A stretch of 63,318 nucleotides of DNA, counting the filler, from Octopus bimaculoides (taxonomy: Eukaryota): NCBI RefSeq assembly GCF_001194135.2. It is 5 parts of 5 records of this genome, joined end to end, with 100 filler letters (N's around TTAATTAATTAA, not from the genome) between each part and the next. Parts side by side here need not be neighbours in the genome. Positions count along the whole stretch, not along the records: positions 25,902 to 34,959 come from NW_026378968.1; positions 35,060 to 56,267 come from NC_069001.1; 3 more parts are not named here. One strand, written 5' to 3'. Within the stretch, counting starts at the first letter, position 1; every line of letters begins with the position of its first letter. This document shows positions 28,281-41,430 of the stretch, one piece after another. Below the pieces are notes generated by a model. That model was not told the origin of the DNA and ran no database searches. It worked only from the letters and a program-made list of their open reading frames with translations. The position numbers and the translations under genes are program-made.

Positions 28281-29600
28281 ATCATCATCATCATCATCAT
28301 CGTTTAACGTCCGCTTTCCATGCTAGCATGGGTTGGACGATTTGACTGAGGACTGGTGAAACCGGATGGCAACACCAGGCTCCAATCTAATTTGGCAGAG
28401 TTTCTACAGCTGGATGCCCTTCCTAACGCCAACCACTCAGAGAGTGTAGTGGGTGCATTTACGTGTCACCCACATGAAAACGGCCACGCTCGAAATGGTG
28501 TCTTTTATGTGCCACCCGCACAAGAGCNNNNNNNNNNNNNNNNNNNNNNNNNNNNNNNNNNNNNNNNNNNNNNNNNNNNNNNNNNNNNNNNNNNNNNNNN
28601 NNNNNNNNNNNNNNNNNNNNNNNNNNNNNNNNNNNNNNNNNNNNNNNNNNNNNNNNNNNNNNNNNNNNNNNNNNNNNNNNNNNNNNNNNNNNNNNNNNNN
28701 NNNNNNNNNNNNNNNNNNNNNNNNNNNNNNNNNNNNNNNNNNNNNNNNNNNNNNNNNNNNNNNNNNNNNNNNNNNNNNNNNNNNNNNNNNNNNNNNNNNN
28801 NNNNNNNNNNNNNNNNNNNNNNNNNNNNNNNNNNNNNNNNNNNNNNNNNNNNNNNNNNNNNNNNNNNNNNNNNNNNNNNNNNNNNNNNNNNNNNNNNNNN
28901 NNNNNNNNNNNNNNNNNNNNNNNNNNNNNNNNNNNNNNNNNNNNNNNNNNNNNNNNNNNNNNNNNNNNNNNNNNNNNNNNNNNNNNNNNNNNNNNNNNNN
29001 NNNNNNNNNNNNNNNNNNNNNNNNNNNNNNNNNNNNNNNNNNNNNNNNNNNNNNNNNNNNNNNNNNNNNNNNNNNNNNNNNNNNNNNNNNNNNNNNNNNN
29101 NNNNNNNNNNNNNNNNNNNNNNNNNNNNNNNNNNNNNNNNNNNNNNNNNNNNNNNNNNNNNNNNNNNNNNNNNNNNNNNNNNNNNNNNNNNNNNNNNNNN
29201 NNNNNNNNNNNNNNNNNNNNNNNNNNNNNNNNNNNNNNNNNNNNNNNNNNNNNNNNNNNNNNCAGCGCACCCACCCCCACTACTAACTTGGTCACCCAGA
29301 TAGCGGAAGCTATCGACTACCTCTAGTTTTTCTCCCTGGAATGAGATAGTTGTTTCCTGTTTGTTTACAGTGTTTATTGCACCTGAACATCTGCCACAAA
29401 CAAAAACTAACTTGCTAGTTAACCTGCCTTTGATGTTGCTGCACCTCTTATGTGTCCATAGCTTGCACCGGGTACATCTTATAGAGTTACTACCTACTCC
29501 TTTTCTACATACTGAGCAGGGCCATCTACCTGAAGAGGTTTGTGTTTTATCTACCTTCCTACTTATTAGGATTTTGGTTTTAGCTGCGTTGACTCTAAGA
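28281..29600 (-). mobile_element. RTE-clade LINE 3' fragment spanning a gap
   Basis: Same 3' end (catcatcgtttaacgtccgctttccatgctagc). 29270-29600 matches the PHD-like ORF2 region of the 44161 copy. Confidence 0.85.
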
Positions 29601-29799
29601 AAGAAAATAATTGTTTAAAATTGTTTAGAACAGATCATCAATAAAATATTAGATATTAAATTAAAAGAATTAGTTGATTTTTAAAGTAAATGTTTAATGC
29701 AAATAGGAAACCTTGATAGACATCGTATTATAAAAGAGTAAGGCATATGCTGTCTAGCAAAGTAAAATTGCTGTCATCCATACATGCAGGTTTATCCTT

Positions 29800-30055
29800 T
29801 ACAGGTGCTGGTGCCACATAAAATGTACTCGTGCTAGTGCTGCGTAAATGCACCTGTGCTGGTGGCATGTAAAAAGCACCAAGCACACTCTATAAAGTGG
29901 TTGGTGTTAGGAAGGGCACCCAACCATAGAAACAATGCCACAACAGACAATTGGAGTCTAGAGAGTTCTTGGACTGGCCTACTTCTGTCAAATTGTCCAA
30001 CCAATGCCAGCATGGAAAATGGATGTTAAACAATGATGATGATGACGACGATGAC
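29800..30055 (+). mobile_element. RTE-type 3'-terminal fragment
   Basis: ggttggtgttaggaagggca...gcatggaaaatggatgttaaacaatgatgatgat. Confidence 0.75.
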
Positions 30056-30704
30056 AAGGACGTGGTTAAAACTGCAGCAAACTTAATGTTTTTATGCCTG
30101 GTCTCGAAGGCTTCAAAGTGGCTGTCAATCATTTTCTTTCAAATAGAATAATAACTCTAATTTACTATGCTGTCTATATCCTGTCACTTTCTAAAGTTGT
30201 TCACTTCTTTGCCACTAACATTTCTTGAGAGCCACAAATGAATTGTCATGTATGAGTTCTTGAATTATTTTCCTGGTGTGTCATTTCTATTATTTTTGTG
30301 CTATATTTTTGAACTTGTCTGATATCAAAATGAAGAAAGAATTATATGGATGAATACTGTTCTTAGTCTATGCAACATAACAAATACATTGGACATAAAG
30401 GGTGTGCTTATTTGGATAAACATGTACATACTCGCATGCAGTCACAGATACAGACACATAAACTATAGAAATATAGAAAGACTGACAGATACATATAGAG
30501 ATGAAATAAAGGGTGACTTAAACTCTAAACAGTGAGGCAATCTCATTTATAAAAGGGACAGATGATAAAAAATTCATTAATATTCATAGGGGCTGATATT
30601 TGTCGGTTTGAAATCCACTACTTTAAATGACAACATAACTGATATGAATAAAATTTAGAAAAACTATGTATGTAATAAATATTTTGAAATTGTTTAATAC
30701 TTAC

Positions 30705-31011
30705 AATTTTGTCACATTCATTGGAAATGAGTGCGGCCATGTCGTATTACATTCTATATCAGTCTGGTACTGATCACATGTGCATGAGGTGTGACATACT
30801 GTTGTCATTGACTGATCAACATATATTAAGATTAACAAAATCACTAACATAAATTTGATTTTGATAGAATCAAAATAAAATCTTGATTTACTATCGTAGG
30901 TCATATTCTTAAAAGAAATATTTCACCACTGAACACGAACGTTAGGTGTTGAGAATCTCTTATTAAGCCGACAAAAGTTCCGTTTTCAAGGTCAGTCTCA
31001 CGTAAAATAAT
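30705..31011 (-). CDS. First coding exon of a secreted or cell-surface protein with a signal peptide and LRRNT-like Cys cluster (5' UTR 31011-30905, CDS 30904-30705)
   Basis: Acceptor ttttgtattttcttctcttacag ends at 31012. ATG at 30904 follows an in-frame upstream TGA. Peptide MTYD...MLVILLILIYVDQSMTTVCHTSCTCDQYQTDIECNTTWPHSFPMNVTK has a hydrophobic stretch, then C-x3-C-x-C-x8-C. Donor TT|gtaagta (phase 2) is typical of LRR-gene exon structure. Downstream exons not located. Confidence 0.75.
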
Positions 31012-31179
31012 CTGTAAGAGAAGAAAATACAAAATAACAGAAGCTTATATGTTATTTACTTCACATTACTGACTCAGTGTTCTAAGTAGAAATTGTATCT
31101 TAGGACTCAATTACTTTCCATTAAATTTTTAGAATTACGAAACTGGATGTCGCTGTAACAATATATAATACATAATTAA

Positions 31180-31929
31180 AAAGATGTATGGTTTGCTTTG
31201 GATGGTCTACTTTGTATGGTCTGCTTTGGAATAAGAAAAAGTCCTGTAGGTTGTCCCTCTTATATTAGAAGGATATGCTTAAGGATAACTTCAAGCACTG
31301 TAATATTGAATTTAACTCTTGAGAATCTTGCTGAAAAGTAAAATGTAAGAACAACGTATTTCACTAGTCTGAAATAGTTTGAAGTGAGTAGACAGAAACA
31401 TTGTGAATATCCTTTTAATTAGTGATAATGTTGATTGAAAGCCTAAGATAAATCATTTTAACTCACACACACACATCTAAATGGTAGATGCTGGGTTCTG
31501 CAATTTGGTATCTTTACTTTGATCTTGAGCCAAACATTGATTATGTATGAGATGTTTTATGGTGCTGACTGATGATCTTGTGTAGATCTATGCTTTCTGC
31601 TGTGGGTAGTGAGTCCTGCTTTGATGTATGCTACGAATCCACAATCACCACAAATAAAGACATTTGAAGAGAAGATAATAAAGACATTTGAAGAGAAGAT
31701 AATCACAATGTTTCTGTCTACTCACTTCAAACTATTTCAGACTAGTGAAATACGTTGTTCTTACATTTTACTTTTCAGCAAGATTCTCAAGAGTTAAATT
31801 CAATATTACAGTGCTTGAAGTTATCCTTAAGCATATCCTTCTAATATAAGAGGGACAACCTACAGGACTTTTTCTTATTCCAAAGCAGACCATACAAAGT
31901 AGACCATCCAAAGCAAACCATACATCTTT
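31180..31929. repeat. Inverted duplication, 232-bp arms (31180-31411 / 31698-31929)
   Basis: Arms are reverse complements with one mismatch at the inner end. The 286-bp spacer ends in a 23-24 bp tandem duplication. Confidence 0.97.
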
Positions 31930-34031
31930 CATCCGAACAGAGTGCCCTGCCTATCTCAACTGTATTAATATGCATATAAAGTAAAGCAGGCGTCAACATG
32001 CCAAGAAATTTCAATGAATTAAAATTAATGATCTGGACAACTATTATCTGAATTCTAGTCATACATGTGCATGTGTGCTTGTATGTATGTGTAGAAGGAT
32101 AAGTGGTATTCCATCTAATGTGACTTCGCTCAGAAGGCTGTAATGTTATTGTGGTAGGAACCCAGTAAAGAAATACATGGAACAAAGATGATAACTTTAA
32201 ATACGCTTATTGTGGTCACATGTATATATACACAAGCTGAATGGAAGTGGTTGATGTACATTTAGTCATATATCTACATGAATCTGTGTGGGTTGTATGT
32301 TAGCTGTTAACCCTGGTGAGGAAAGCTCACGAACAGCAATATGTTAGAACCAGTGCAGTGTGTTGGGGCTATGTAGGTGTTGTTGGCAGCGTTGGTGAGA
32401 GACATGATGGTGGTAATGAAGATGGAGGTCGCTGTAATGTTGTCAGTGGTTAGACCTTAGAAGGTCGGGAACCAACAGTATTTCTTTATTTAAGCACTCA
32501 GGCTCATACATAGACGGGGACAGACAGGACACTACAGTGTGGACAAAACACAGAATGAACGAATGGAGGGTGAATTATAATAAGGAATGTGAAATGGCTG
32601 CATGCTACCTACTCACAAGTAGTATCAGTTAAATGTTTTAGTTTAACATTTCTATATCATTTTTCTTTTTTCTCTTTTTTCCTTAATCCACACAATGCCC
32701 CATTGGGATACAATAAATATACATGAAAATATGGGGAATCAGTTGATCAATTGGTTACAACACAAATGAGAAACGAAAACAGTTTGAAAATATCCCAAGC
32801 ATCCAGCATTAACAACTGCATAAGACCCATTTATGTCTGTTTGGCAGAAAGAAACCGCAGGTTATACACAGAAACTATGGTATATATACATACATAAGAG
32901 TGGTTCTTGAACTTTTGGCATCACCATCCCCTTTCACCATGTTTGGGATGCTATTCCTCCTCATTGTCAGGTCATTCCTCATATTGATTATCCAAGAGAT
33001 GCATTCCAACCAATTTAGCTTTTTTCAGCAAAATAATTGTACAGAAGTTTCTGCAATTGGACCACTAGTATGCAAGGAAACCCACAATTTTAGTAGAAAC
33101 ACCGTCTTCTTCTCCTCCCCTGGAGGTTTGCTATCCCTTTTCCTGAATCACTGGTAAATAACATGACAACAATACTATATAAGAAACTATTTATTCACAA
33201 AAGCAGACTGTCTGTCATTTTGTATAGAGCAAAGTAACCAGCTCTTCTATGTTCGGCTCTGTTTTAGAGAGGGCAACTCTCATTTCTGGTGTGATATCCA
33301 GTCGATTTTGTGACTTATTTTTGATGGCAAGGAAAGTGGAAATTGCAGTCTCATACTCATAGGTGGTTGGAAATGGCATTATATTGCATTAATAAATCAG
33401 GCTATTGGAATTACTGCAGACGCCCTAGCTCACAGTATATGGACACAGATCTTGTGTCAGTAGCCAGCTGGAAAAGATGTTTTCTTGAGGCTAATGTAGT
33501 TTATGCACATCCACAAATTAGCATGCATGTCGCTCCAATTTTAGGAGGACGTTTGTCATGACCCTATTTGCATTTTCATCAACTTTTTCTCTCAGAGGCA
33601 CCCGTGTATAGCTGTAAAAATCGATTTTCAACCATAACTTTTACCAATTTTGAAGTTTGCTAACATGGCGAAGTCAAAGTGTGCGTAAGCGCGTGAAGGA
33701 GAGAGAGAGAAATTGTATATTTGTGAGATGGGGAGTGAGGGAGAGATACAGATTGTTTGCCAGCGTCTAACAAAAAAAGTAAAGAAAAAGTGGGAGAGGG
33801 AGACAGCAAGCATCTAACGAAAGAAAGACTGGGAGAGGAGAGTAAGGAAGACAGTGTCAGCATTCATGAAAATTGAAAATGTAAAATGATTTTTTTTTCT
33901 TAAACAGGAGATATAGTTTCAAATATAGGACGTTTTTGACAGACACTATATTTTATAATGAGATTATATATACTTTCTCACACAACAATTAAAATATATT
34001 TATTTTAAATTATTTATTTATTATAAATCTT

Positions 34032-34535
34032 AGAGCGCGATTTCTTTTGAAGTTGGCATGTGTGTGTGTGTGTAATGTTGCTGGTGTGTGTATGTGTGAC
34101 AGAGAGAAAGAGGGAGAGAGAGAGAGAAAGAAAGAGAGATAACTGAAATGATTTTTATTTCCTTTTTATAGTGAGTTTGTGAGACAGAAAGTCTGGTGAA
34201 GTTCTTTTGTTAGTGTGAGACAGAGAGGTTATGTATGTATGTATGTATGTACGTATGTATGTATGTACGTATGTATGTATGGCTACAGTGACACACACAC
34301 ACACGCGCAGGTTGTTATGTATGTGTGTGTGTGAATGGATTCAGTGACACACACACATACATAACAACCTGCGTGTGTGTGTCACTGTAGCCATTCATAC
34401 ATACATACATACATACATACATACATACATACATACATACATACATAACTGCTCTCTCTCACACTAACAAAAGAACTTCACCAGACTTTGTCTCACAAAC
34501 TCACTATAAAAAGGAAATAAAAATCATTTCAGTTA

Positions 34536-34566
<31 letters not shown>

Positions 34567-34673
34567 CTCTCTCTCTCTCTCCCTTTTTCTCTCTCTCACA
34601 CATACACATACCAGCAACATTACACACACACACACACACACACACATGCCAACTTCAAAAGAAATCACGCTCT
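34032..34673. repeat. Palindromic microsatellite-containing element (about 300-bp imperfect arms)
   Basis: agagcgcgatttcttttgaagttggcatg...ggctacagtgac... is mirrored by gtcactgtagcc...catgccaacttcaaaagaaatcacgctct around a short centre near 34335. Confidence 0.9.
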
Positions 34674-35059
34674 CTCTATCTCTTTCACTTTTACGACGTT
34701 GTTTCCCTCTTTCCCTCCAACACTTTTTATGGAAAAGGCCGATGTGATTTAAACTTTCCGAGGCTTCCACCACACTCCAACCTGTTTTTCAGACCACATA
34801 AAGGGTTTTGTAGCATATTAGCAGGCCAGGATAGTTGATTCCATGCAAAAAATCCGATTTATTTTTTTCTTAGTGAAAATCGTGCGAGTGTTATCTAAAA
34901 TTTAGCTGGAGTTTTTCATGGTAAATTTGAGATTAAAAAAAAATATTTATCCATATTCTNNNNNNNNNNNNNNNNNNNNNNNNNNNNNNNNNNNNNNNNN
35001 NNNTTAATTAATTAANNNNNNNNNNNNNNNNNNNNNNNNNNNNNNNNNNNNNNNNNNNN

Positions 35060-35405
35060 GCCAGATATTTTGAGCATCTCTGCAGTGATTCCTGATGGGC
35101 CGGGGGCTTTCCCTGTCTTCATACTCTTAATTGCTTTATCTACCCTGGTACTGTCAACTCGGATAGCTGGTCCCTCTGTTGGGTCGACATACGGCAGGCT
35201 CTCTTTCTCCCATTCATTCTCCTTATTAAGCAATCTATCGTAGTGGCATCTCCAGACCTCTTTCTTTGCAGCCTCATTTAGTGCAAGCGTACCATCATCC
35301 ATGCGAACACATTTCTCTCCTACAACATCACTATTCTCTCTCCTACACTGTCTTGCAACACGAAATACCTCGAGTCTTTGGTCCTCACGGCGCAGAACTG
35401 CACGG
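35060..35405 (-). mobile_element. RTE ORF2 internal fragment
   Basis: LRREDQRLEVFRVARQC...MDDGTLALNEAAKKEVWRCHYDRLLNKENEW...MKTGKAPGPSGITAEMLKISG, homologous to 46236-46541. Confidence 0.85.
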
Positions 35406-36192
35406 AATTTATTTCTTCCTACTCACAGCTGTCTTTCCATAGTTTTGTAACACTTTCCAAAAGTTGTTCATCAGCATGTTTAGTGAGTTTGGTGTGTATT
35501 TCTTCATCAATCGTTTTATATTTTTGTTCGTTATTCAATGCACTAAGTTTAAGTAACTCAATCTCTCTTTTTATTTTTTCTCATGCTAATTTCTCCCTAA
35601 GTTTTCTTTGTTGTTCGGGTTCTTCTGGGATTGGTTTGATTTGTAGTTTGCATGGCAGAATTAATGGTGTTGAGTTAATCCATTTTTCATATATTTCTGC
35701 CTTATTACTACTTTTTATCGTGTTCCAAAATGAAAATTTTCTTGTGTTTTAAGATTTTGGGACCAATTATGGCTAAAGCAGCTTTGGGTGTGCTGACATT
35801 GGTGTATTTTCATTATGGCTTAGGTATTTTGGTGATGATTCTTTTTCAAAGTTGTTTGTGAAAATTGAGTGCAATATTGTGCATAGTTTGTTCAAATTTT
35901 GACTAACTTTCTCTGTAGATTGTCTTCTCTGTTCGATTTCAGTTTCTTCTCATGTGCGATAATCCATTGATTTTGTTAGTTAGACTAACTAAATTTGAGT
36001 TAATTTCTTTTAATTCCTTCAATACGTCCTTGTTGGTAATTTTATCCAATGTGGTAGGTTTCGTCGGCATTTTCCATTCTACGTGTGGTAAATAGTAGTA
36101 ACAGAAAGGGAGGAATGTTGATTATCCCCACGTGGTGAGTTGTAATCTATATAAAAAATTAAAGAAGAAAAATGCACACACACTTTACATAG

Positions 36193-36242
<50 letters not shown>

Positions 36243-36827
36243 GTTAAAGAATAAAAAAACTGGGTTAACGACTCAACATATCACACCCCCTCAATGAACA
36301 TATATAAGAAATACAGCATAATCCGTCAAACATAAGGAATAATAAGAAATGCAAGAAAAATAACGCAAGAAGAAATAATGAATAAATAAAAATAGCATAT
36401 AATATAAAAAATTTTACACACGAATATATTGTTTCAACCGATAACATGGAACTGAAAAAAATTGAGTTAAAGGTATAAAGCAATACACGTGAATATCATT
36501 TCATAGAAGTTAAAAGAGTTAAACTTAATACGAATAAAAATTAATACAGAAGGAGTAAACATTTCAAATATATAATATAATAATATAATATAATATAATA
36601 AAATATAATATAAGTTGATATAGTAAAATAAAATGACATGAAGAAATGAGGTACCATAAAGTAGTCTATCAGTTGAAAAAACAAGGACAGAAGTGATTTA
36701 ACACCACTTAGAATTAAAGTTCAAAGTTTTTCAAAGCCCTCGGGCACATTTCACACCCCAAAAACAGAAGACACCAAAAGGCAGGTTCGCACCAATCCGG
36801 CACACACATATATATATATGTATACTC

Positions 36828-37220
36828 TCTCTCTTTTACTTGTTTCAGTCATTTGACTGCAGCCATGCTGGAACACCGCCTTTAGTCGAGCAAATTGACC
36901 CCAGAACTTATTCTTTGTAAGCTTAGTACTTATTCTATCGGTCTTTTTCACCAAACCACTAAGTTACGGGGACGCAAACACACCACCATCGATTGTCAAA
37001 CGATGTTGGGGGAACAAACACAGACACACAAACATGTACACACACATACATATATATGCAGGCTTCTTTCAGTTTCTGTCTACCAAATCCCCTCACAAGG
37101 CTTTGGTCAGCCTGAGGCTATAGTAGAAGACACTTGCCCAAGGTGCCACGCAGTGGGAGTGAACCCAAAACCATGTGGTTCGTAAGCAAGCTACTTACCA
37201 CATAGCCACTCCTGTGCCTA
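36828..37220 (-). mobile_element. Same CORE-like SINE, full length
   Basis: Reverse-complement match to 4861-5282. Confidence 0.85.
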
Positions 37221-37224
37221 TGTA

Positions 37225-37395
37225 TCATCATCATCATCATCATCATCATCATCGTTTAACGTCCTCTTTCCATGCTAGCATGGGTTGGACGATTTGACTG
37301 AGGACTGGTGAAACCGGATGGCAACACCAGGCTCCAATCTAATTTGGCAGAGTTTCTACAGCTGGATGCCCTTCCTAACGCCAACCACTCAGAGA
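37225..37395 (-). mobile_element. RTE 3'-terminal fragment
   Basis: Near-identical to 28281-28445, with (CAT)n tail. Confidence 0.85.
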
Positions 37396-38040
37396 ATATA
37401 TATTATATTCACTTACATATTGATACAGAGTATAAACACAACTTTAAATAGTAAAACTGTAATACCTGTAAAATAGATTTTAATATTGGCTACAGATATT
37501 TTGAAAGGTGTTCACGCATATTGGTGGTACATGTAATAAGTATATAGTATCACACTTTCTTTCATATTTGATGGTTCTAATATATTTAAATATTGACCAT
37601 GTACATTAAAGACATATTCGAGTCACTATAATAGTTGTGCCTAGCCATGTGTGCAATTCCATTTGTGTGGTTCTTTAATGGAATTGAACAGTGAGTGCAC
37701 ATGCACAAACCTGGCTGTATTTGTTCTTCTATAAAATTAAATGAGCTTGGTTTTTTAGTGAAAGAAATTTCTAGCATTGTTACAAGCTAACTCCCCTTGT
37801 AGCAGTGTATTTTATGTTGGAGTCCAGCCATGGGATCCTGACTCCTCCTCTCTCCCCAATATACCAATATAGAGTCCTAGATATATAAAAAGATGGGATG
37901 GTCATAGCCAGAACACCTTTGATTATAGGTCTGCTCAAACACAATTGACCTGGAGATAGGTAGCCTTAACAACAATACTGGACACTTAACATTTTTTATA
38001 AGGTATATTTCTGACAACTGTCATTTTCTCTCTGTCTCTT

Positions 38041-38071
<31 letters not shown>

Positions 38072-38072
38072 T

Positions 38073-38120
<48 letters not shown>

Positions 38121-39224
38121 ACACAAATCTTGCTAATTCAGATTAATTAATGAAAAAAATTACTTTATAATGTTTCTTTTATCCCTTTCAATTTATTATC
38201 ATCTGAGATGTAATGAGAGTGACTTCCAGTGGCTGTAAAATCTAATAGTTCAATGCCTGATTTTGTCTGGTAGAATTTAGGTATTTTTAGATATTTACAA
38301 AACAGTAGTGAAAGCATTGAATGAGGAGAAAAGCAGCAGTGAATGGGGAGAGAAGTAAGCAGAGCACGGAATGGGGAGAGAAGCAGCAAAGTCAGTAAAT
38401 AAACTGTATTGTTATAAAAATAATGATGAGATGTTGCTGAATGGTTGAGTGGAACTGATGATGGTGATGGTGATGGTGGTGGCAGTTGTTGTTGTTAAGG
38501 TTATCTGTGTTGGAGGTGGACTTGTCCAAAGTGTCTAAGGTTGTATTAGTATCACATGTGAACTAAGACTTGTCATAGTTACTGAGGTGGAATTACTGGA
38601 GGTCTGCTACATGGATTCAGTGTCATAGGTATACTAGAGCAATATTTCTCAAAATTGGCTCCAAGAAAACCCAGGATTTCATGAAAAAATTCCAAAGTTC
38701 CACAAAATGAGATATGTTTTAATAAAATTTAAATAAAAATTTTAATTTATGAAAAAAATGGTTTTCATTATCTCAAAGTAATTATTAAATGAACATGGAC
38801 TTCATTTATAACTCATTCATGAACACACAAAGTAATATTATAACAATGTGTACTTCATGATAGCATGTATCTCATGACAGCATGTACCTCATGACATCTT
38901 CATTAACACAAATATGGAATGGTGCTTTCTGAGGGATTTTGTATCAAAGAACAACTTCTAAGAGATTTTATGCCTGCTCAAAGATTTTTTACCTGCTCCA
39001 AGTGATGTCAGTAGACAGTCAGACATTGGTGTTTTAGTGACAGACAGCACTTTGGTCATCTAGAGTTGAGTAGAAACTTATCCAATATAGATATCAGTAA
39101 ACAAAGCATTCGTTGATGTGAGCAGAAGCTTACCAAGTTAAAAGTTAAATCAGTATTTACCCTTAAAACTGCAGAGATCAAAATAATGATGTATACATCA
39201 TTTACATATTTTGTAATCATCATT

Positions 39225-39900
39225 ATCATCATTTAATGTCCCTTGTCTAGGATGGTAAGCTGAAAGGCTGCACCAGACTCAGTATGTTTCTATGGCTGGA
39301 TGCCCTTCCTAACACTAACCACTATGAGAGTGTAATGGGTGCTTTCACATGCCACTGATACGAGTGCCATTTGTGCAACACAAGTATCTGCTACAACTGC
39401 AGTTTTACTTAGCTTGATGGGTCTTCTTCTCAAGCATAACATAATGCCAAAGTCTCAGTCATTGCCTCTGTGAGGCCCAATATTCGAAAAGAGCTAAACC
39501 ATTTGGCTTCTGTGAGGCTCAACACTCAAAAGGTGCTTTTTATTTGCCACCTGCACAGGTGTTGGTTAAGTGACACCATCATCATCCACAACTGCGATTT
39601 CACTTGGTTTGATAGGTCTTCTCAAGCATAGCATATTGCCAGAGGTCTCAGTCACTAGTCATTGCCTCTGTGAGGCCCAAAGTTCGGAGATCATGCTTCA
39701 CCACCTCAACTCATGTTTTCCTCAGTCTACCTCTACCACACTTCTTGGCACTTCTTTACACAGCTGTCCTCATCCATACGCAACACATGACCATACCAGT
39801 GCATTTGTCTCTCTTGCACACCATATCTGATGCCTAACTTTTCTCTCAAGATGCTTACACTCTGTCGAACATGCAGACTGACATTGCAAATCCAGCGATT
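39225..39900 (-). mobile_element. Degenerate RTE LINE 3' end
   Basis: Similar to 44161-45080 (gcctctgtgaggcccaa, cacatgaccataccag, ggatgcccttcctaac). Confidence 0.75.
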
Positions 39901-40154
39901 TTTTTATTGCCCACTAGGGGCCAACATAGAGAGGACAACACAATCTGATTTTAGGGGTCAAATGAAACATTATGACATAACATTGAGATGCAGTTAAAAA
40001 TTTAATACAAAACATATAAACGTATGATAAACAAATAAAAGACAAAACAAATGGAGTGGTGATTTGAGTTCAGCTCCGACACCACAAGCCCCAATCCACC
40101 ACTGATATCAGCAATGTACTCCTGACATGTTCACATAGTTACATCCACTCACAA

Positions 40155-40640
40155 CACTCATGCCACGTACTTCCATCTATCATTGAACATTTTTTCCAAC
40201 AGCCATTTCCTCTCCAGCCACACTTTCCTTTTTAGACAAAACATGAAGTATCTCTGAAGACTGAGGCCAGAGATGAAGCTGTCTGTCATTATTCCTTTCA
40301 TTCTCGTCTTCCATACCACCTCTTTCGTGATTGCTACTATTATGAGAAAACAATTCTTACCTTCATTCGACAGGAAATCAGGTGGGTCAATATTTAAAAT
40401 TGACTCAGATGATAGCTGTACTCTTCCTGCACCAGACAACAGATGTTCCGCATCAGCCGACACCTCCAAGCACTGAACAATAGCATGCGGGGCGGTTTCC
40501 CTACCCCACCCACATCTTGGATAGATCAGTGTATTGCATTAACTGTGTCTTGCGAGCTTATCCTGAATGGGCAAGGCTCCTTGGTAACATTTCCAGGTCA
40601 AAGACTTTTGGAAATTATCCTGAGTCTTCAGCCCAAATGT
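40155..40640 (-). mobile_element. L1/Tx1-like LINE ORF2 C-terminal fragment
   Basis: SLTWKCYQGALPIQDKL...PRCGWGRETAPHAIVQC (decayed CCHC), then FLIIVAITKEVVWKTRMKG...SGLSLQRYF...KVWLERKWL...FNDRWKYVA. Confidence 0.7.
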
Positions 40641-40972
40641 ATGTTAGAATAAACTGTCAAGTTGAGTAGATCCAGAGTAAAACGTAGATTCAACTTTTGA
40701 TGTGATAAATATATCTATCTACTCCTCTACCCAATGTATTGAGTTCTTTATCAGATTCTTTGAGATCTGTGCAATATAATTTAGTATACTTTACAAATCG
40801 TACATGACAGGCTTCTTCCAACTTCAGTCACAAGACTGAAGTTAGCCCCAACACAAGTTAGCCCTTGTCCATGGTAGAAAAATCAGCCAACAGCGGGAAC
40901 AATACTTAAGCCATGTGGTTCTGAAGCAAACTTCTCGATTTAATCATCATGCATGTGCCTATATATATATAT

Positions 40973-41161
40973 CATTCGCCATGATAGATCGCTAGCCACT
41001 AAACATTCTTTTCTTCTCTCCTTGTTTCTTTCTGTGTTCCTTTCTGTGGAAAAGCGTAGGCTTGAAACATTAAAGACTTTTTCACTTCCCGAGCATTATA
41101 CTAATACATCTGTTTGTTGTCTACACCACCTGTCTTCATCTTTTGTTTTTTTGTGAATTCT

Positions 41162-41165
<4 letters not shown>
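40973..41165 (+). mobile_element. Copy B of the hammerhead-like motif-bearing repeat
   Basis: Motif at 41040-41075 (ctttctgtggaaaagcgtaggcttgaaacattaaag). Ends at (TA)n. Confidence 0.7.
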
Positions 41166-41197
<32 letters not shown>

Positions 41198-41377
41198 AAA
41201 AATTAAGGTACTCAGAAATCTGGATGTTTGTACATTTACNNNNNNNNNNNNNNNNNNNNNNNNNNNNNNTACATTTACTAATTTTTATTAATGTCACATA
41301 TTAAATAAAGCACTTTTCACCTGGTCGTGCAGGATTTTCAAGTGTCCTGTACCCATATATGCATATATATATGTGTG

Positions 41378-41430
<53 letters not shown>

